A stretch of DNA of 64,000 bases, taken from the NCBI GenBank assembly GCA_963820825.1, contig CAWGBN010000005.1, positions 96,001 to 160,000 of the forward strand, read 5' to 3'. This document shows, piece by piece, positions 59,344-64,000 of the stretch. Within the stretch, counting starts at the first letter, position 1. Every line of letters starts with the position of its first letter. The DNA comes from Vulcanimicrobiota bacterium. GTDB lineage: Bacteria > Vulcanimicrobiota > Vulcanimicrobiia > Vulcanimicrobiales > Vulcanimicrobiaceae. A model generated the notes under the pieces. That model searched no databases, was not told the DNA's origin, and saw only the letters and a program-made list of their open reading frames with translations. The position numbers and the translations under genes were made by a program.

Positions 59344-61132
59344 CTAGAACTGCCTGCGGCGCGATCGGACTCGCACCGGCCCGCGAGCCAGGCGTCGTCG
59401 CCCAGCCACTCGTAGCGAATCGGTCGAAAGCGGCACGGTTCCGTAGGAGAGCAGCCGGTCGTGGAACGGCGCGCAGCGAGAACGCCGGCCTTGCGCGGTC
59501 GCGCAGCGAGACCGATCAGCGTTTCGATCTGCGTCTTGCCGACGAGATAGTCGATCGCTTGTCCCGGGTTCATCGCGAATCGGGTCGCCTCGCCACGCGC
59601 GGTGTCGTAGTCGATTCCGGCATTCTTTTGGAAATACGCAATCGCCTCGGGCAGCGATCATCGCTCCGGTCGCCAGCGCGACGTCGACCCCGATGCGCGT
59701 CGCGCGATGGCGCATGAGGTGGATGACTTGCCGCCGGGCGCCCGGATCGCGCTCGTAGAGGCCCTGCCGCATGAGCATCTCTTCGCCGTAGAAGGCCCAG
59801 CCCTCGGCAAAGACGCCGTCGTCGTGCACGTGCCGGATGAAGTCGGGATTGTGATACGCGTAGCTGAACTGCAGGAAGTGCCCGGGAATCCCCTCGTGCC
59901 CGAGGATCGGCAAGACCGACTGGCGCGCCTGCGCGACGAAGAAGCTCGTGTTGCTCGAGCTAAAGTCGGGAACGAAGTAGAAGCCCTTGCGGATCGGTCG
60001 AGAGCATCGCCGGCGGATTCATGAAGCCGCCCGGGTACGTCGCGGCGAGCGCCTTGGGAACTTCGACGATGTGAAACGGGCCCGACGTACGACGGAATGT
60101 CGACGATCGGCGCGACTCCGATGAACGCCTTCAGGCTTGCGCGAGCGACGCTTCGTAGTACGTTCAGGAACGCGGTCTTCGTCGCAAACGCCGGCTGCGC
60201 GGCGACGGCCGGTGCGTGCGCGTCGCGATTGGCTTCCCACGCTTCGAGCGCGCGATCGCGGGCGAGTTCGAGCCGTCCGATGGACGCGACCTCGGTCGCT
60301 ATCGAACGGCAGCAGCAACGACGCGCCGCAGATACCAATCGTATTGCTCCTTCCCGACCGCAAAGCCGCCGGCGTGGAACTCGACATGTGCGCTTCGAGC
60401 CACGCGCGATAGCGCGTGCAGCGACGTCCAGCGCCGCCCGCATCCGCCGCGCGAAGCTCGGCTGCGGCGTTGCGGGCGACGCGTCGCGCGCGACCCCGTC
60501 GAGCGTCGTCGTGTAGAGCGAGTCGCCGTCGCGAACGTCTTCCGACGCGATCTGCGCGAACTCGCGCACGGTATCGGTGAGGTTCGCTTCGCCCTCGCGT
60601 CAAGACGCGCGGACAGGCGCGCAGGCGGCCGATCGCGTCGCGCACGCGAACGTCGTCGGAGGCGTATTGCCGCTTGACGATCGAGAAGATTCCGTTGCGC
60701 GCACTCGCCTTCGTAGACGCTGGGGTTGCGCTGCAGGCCGCGCAGCACCGTCCGGTTCCACCAGTCGCCTTCGAGGTCGGCGCGAACCAGGAGATAGTCG
60801 ACGCGCTCGTGCGGCGTCGCACCCGGCGACGGCTGCAACGCGGCCAGCTCGTCGCGGAAGCGCGCGCAAGCGCGTCATCGACGCCGCCTGCGTCGGCGGA
60901 GAATAATTCGGCCAGCTGGCGTCGTACGCGTGCACTCCGGAATCGGTCGCATAGGTCGGATTTTGTTCGAAGCGACCAATACGTATAGCGACGGTCCAGG
61001 TCGATCGAGCTTCGCTTGATAGTCGCCGGCGGCGGCGGCCGAAGCCGGTGCACGCGCCGCCAAGCGATCGCGACGACAGCAGCGCGGCGAGAACGGCGAG
61101 TCCGCGGCGTCACCGCCGCGGCCGGGATGCAA
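59344..61132 (-). CDS. DUF885 family protein (many frameshifts)
   Basis: HEGIPGHFLQ, AEGWAFYGE, PGQAIDYLVGK and FHDRLLSYG. Confidence 0.8.
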
Positions 61133-61850
61133 GATGCTCCAGCATCTCCGTAAGCGAATGGATCGTATACTCCGGCGGCGGGCAGCTGCGGGGGATACGC
61201 CTTGCGCTCCGCAGTCCAGCCAGACGCTCGTGCAGTGCCGGTCGCGCGCGCCGTTCGACGTCGCCGCGCGGATCGTCGCCGACGTACCACGTGCTGCTCC
61301 GGCGTCGGTCCCCAGCGCGTCCAGCAGCGCGTCGAAGGCTCGCGGCGGCCGGCTTCTGCACGCCCAGGTCGGCGCTCACCAGAACCGGCCCGTCGAAACC
61401 CCGCGCGCTGCGCCTTTCGCACCTGAAGCGGATTCCAGCCGTTGCTCAAGATCGCCAACCGCACGTTCCGCGTTCGCGCAACGCTTCGAACGTGCGCTTC
61501 GCGCCCGGCAGCGGAATCACGAACTCATCGACCATCTCGACGGCCAGCGTTCGGAAACGTCTCGACGTAGCCGTCGCGTCGGCGCGACCGCCCGCTCGCG
61601 CGACGAACGCGCGCACCGCGTCGTCGATCGAGAACTCCCGCTGCGCTGCGCGTGCGAGCAAGCTCGTCGATCCGGTCGATCTCGTCGCTGAGAGTTCCCG
61701 ACCGTGCGCCCGCCGTCGGCCAAGGATCGTCTTCGAGCACGCGCAGCAACGCGACTCGCTCGAGCTTGTTGTCGATCGCGATCGTATGGTCGAGATCGAA
61801 GCCGACCCGCGACGGTGCTCCGTCGCCGCGCGTTCGACGTCAGCGCGCGG
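61110..61850 (-). CDS. HAD family hydrolase (frameshifted)
   Basis: GFDLDHT motif I, AILSNGW, KP and WYVGDD..GDV. Confidence 0.75.
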
Positions 61851-64000
61851 CCCTGGGATGCCCGGACGGATTACGACGGCGCGGCCGGTCACGATCCGGA
61901 CGAAGGCACTCGGTCGAACGTACTTGGCGAGCGCGGCGCGAATGCTCTCCGCCGATGCGGCCAGCTCGGCGCGCGCATCGATCACGTTCTGATCGAGCGG
62001 CAGATCGCGACCGGCGTAGCGGAGCAGTTGCTCGGCGACGCCGTCGTAGCTCGACTTGCCGGATCGGCACTTCGCCCATCAGCAGTGCCTTCGACCGCAA
62101 CAGGCGGTCGGCTTCGATCGGCGTCTGCTGCAACTGCGCGCAGCACCGCCAACACTTGGCCCTCGGCCGGAACGATGTTCTTGCGGATCGCAGCCGTAAC
62201 GCGATTTCGAACGAGCTGCGAACCTTGCCCGGCTCGAACGCGGCTGCTCGACGGCGTAGGCGTACCCGTGCACTTCGCGCAGATCGTGGTAGAGCAGCGA
62301 CGAGTAGAATCCGCCGGTGAGCACGGCGTTGGCGACTCGCAGCAGCGCCCACGCGGATCGGTGCGCGACGATCGGCACGGTTTCGACGAGCTGCACCGAC
62401 GACTGAACGCGTCCGGTCGCCGGCACCGTGACGTCTGATTCGGCACATTCGGCGGTACCGGCGGCGGTTCGACGTTCGGGCTTCGGCCCGGCCGCGTCCA
62501 GTCACCGAAGTATTTTTCGACGATCGGCCTTCGCCGCTTCCGGCGTCGTGTCGCCGATGACGACGATCGTCGTGAGGTCGGGACGATACGCGCTCGCGTA
62601 CCACGCCTTCATCGGTCGAGCGTCAGAGCGCGCCGACGCTCTTGCGGCGTTGCAAACCGCTGCTCCGGATCGCCCGGCGGATAGAGCGCTTTGCGAGCGC
62701 GACGTCGGCAAGGTGGTCGGGCGACGTCACTTCGCCGGTCGAGCTCGCCGACGGCCTGCTTTTGCACGATCGCAAACGCCTTCGGATCGAAGGCGGGATG
62801 CAGTTCCTCGTCGGCGAGCAGCTGCAAGGCCGCGATCGAAACTGCGCCGAGAGCACGTCCAGACCGAACTCCGTGCCGGCCGTCGTCGTAGCGGCGATCT
62901 CGTCGAGTGTCGCGCTGGAACGCCGACCCGGTCGTACGTCGTCGTTCCGTACGGGAAGAGCCGGTAGGCGACGTCGTCGACGCCCTCTTCGCCCGGCCGG
63001 TTCTTGCACGTCGGGGTTGTTGAGGATTTCGCCGCGAGACCACGACGGTATGGCGTGATCGTGCTCCGGCTGCACGATCAATCGAATGCCGTTGGAGAGC
63101 GTGCATGTCGATGGGCGACGAGCGTTTGCTCGCGGAACGCGCAGGTTGTCGAGCACGTGCTGCGCCCACGCGCGGCAGCGGCTCGTGCGTTGCTCGGCGG
63201 AATCGCGTTGTTCTCCTTGGCCATCGCCGCCGCCGGCGCCGACCGCGCCGCTGTTCTTCGGCACGGCGTAGGCGGCGACCGTCGTTGAGTCGTCGAGACT
63301 ACGCGCGCAGCACGCGGTTGACGTCGGCGACGCGTGACCGCGCTCGAAGTGAGCGATCATGTCGTCCGGGCGAACGCAAGTTCTTGCACCGCGACCGCCT
63401 GGCTCCACTCTGCGGCCATGCCTTCGATCGAGTTGGCGTTGAACTCGAGTTGCGAGATCTCGCGCAGCTTCGCCGCCGCGACCAAATCGGGCGGAACGCC
63501 GTCTTCGGCGGTATCCGGCGATGATCGCTCGCACACTCGGTCGTCGACCGTCTCGGGCTGCGTCGTCACCGGTACGGCGGCCGAACGCGATGCCGATGCC
63601 GGTTTTCGGATACGTCTGTACGAAGAACTGCGTCGCGAGCGCTTGCCCGTGTACGGCATGGCGCCGAAGGCGCTGCGCTGGCTCGAGAGCACGTCGCCGA
63701 GGATTTGCGCGGCCGCGTAATCGGGACTGTCGTACCCCGGCAGACGGTAGCCGAGCAGCACGGCGGTGATACGCCTGATCCGAGACGTTCGTGATAGATG
63801 CGCGGGCCGCAAGCGGCTGCAAGGGTGACGGGCGCGCGAGCCGGAAGCGTCGCCGCCGGAACGTCGCCGAAGAGCCGCTTGACCTTCGGCAACGGTTGCC
63901 GGTCCGTCGACGTCGCCGACGATCACGTAGACCGCGTTGTTGGGATGGTACCAGGCGCGTAGAACTTCAGTCAGCTGGGCGCCGTTGACGCCGTGCTGCG
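61840..64000 (-). CDS. Large M16 family peptidase, 5'-truncated, many frameshifts
   Basis: WYHPNNAV..IVGDVD, TLSNGIRLIV, YRPDLTTIVVIGD and GGFYSSLLYHDLRE. Confidence 0.8.

Noticed and set aside
57660..59573. 637-aa ORF that seems to fuse DUF885, RsmD, CoaD and the coiled-coil protein
   Set aside because: It is a patchwork of fragments created by frameshifts.
1..64000. CRISPR arrays, tRNA/rRNA, IS elements, prophage or defence systems
   Set aside because: No repeat-spacer periodicity, RNA gene signatures, transposase, integrase or phage genes seen; intergenic gaps are short.

Overview
High-GC bacterial chromosomal window of mostly housekeeping genes. Gene order and protein style (short EF-Ts, archaeal/eukaryote-type ProRS, Amj flippase, TonB-C domain, GT-C clusters) suggest a diderm Terrabacteria lineage such as Ca. 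Eremiobacterota/Vulcanimicrobiota; this is inference only. Contents: a glpX-oxidoreductase-nitrilase-nadE-sirC-cinA operon; a GT-C/GtrA surface glycosylation trio; proS; the rpsB-tsf-pyrH-frr-uppS-cdsA-dxr-rseP-ispG cluster; a LAL regulator opposite a methyltransferase; rfbB/rfbA; tauE, csrA and cysC-sat; an MsbA-like exporter; an ECF sigma / anti-sigma(TonB-C) / photolyase-family triplet; the moaD-moaE-hydrolase-moeB-AKR-queG-X-moaA string; phoU, crotonase and thiolase; a DUF2249-Crp regulator; rsmD-coaD; DUF885, HAD and M16 peptidase. I saw no rRNA, tRNA, CRISPR, prophage or IS. Indels are scattered up to about 55.7 kb and dense after it, probably from long-read consensus error. The best candidate for a new system is a photolyase-family protein that keeps the Trp triad but has lost most CPD-binding residues (cryptochrome-like), encoded just downstream of an ECF sigma and a zinc-finger anti-sigma fused to a TonB C-terminal domain. 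Other leads are an apparent kinase-first CysC-Sat fusion and a hairpin-rich in-frame segment inside dxr.
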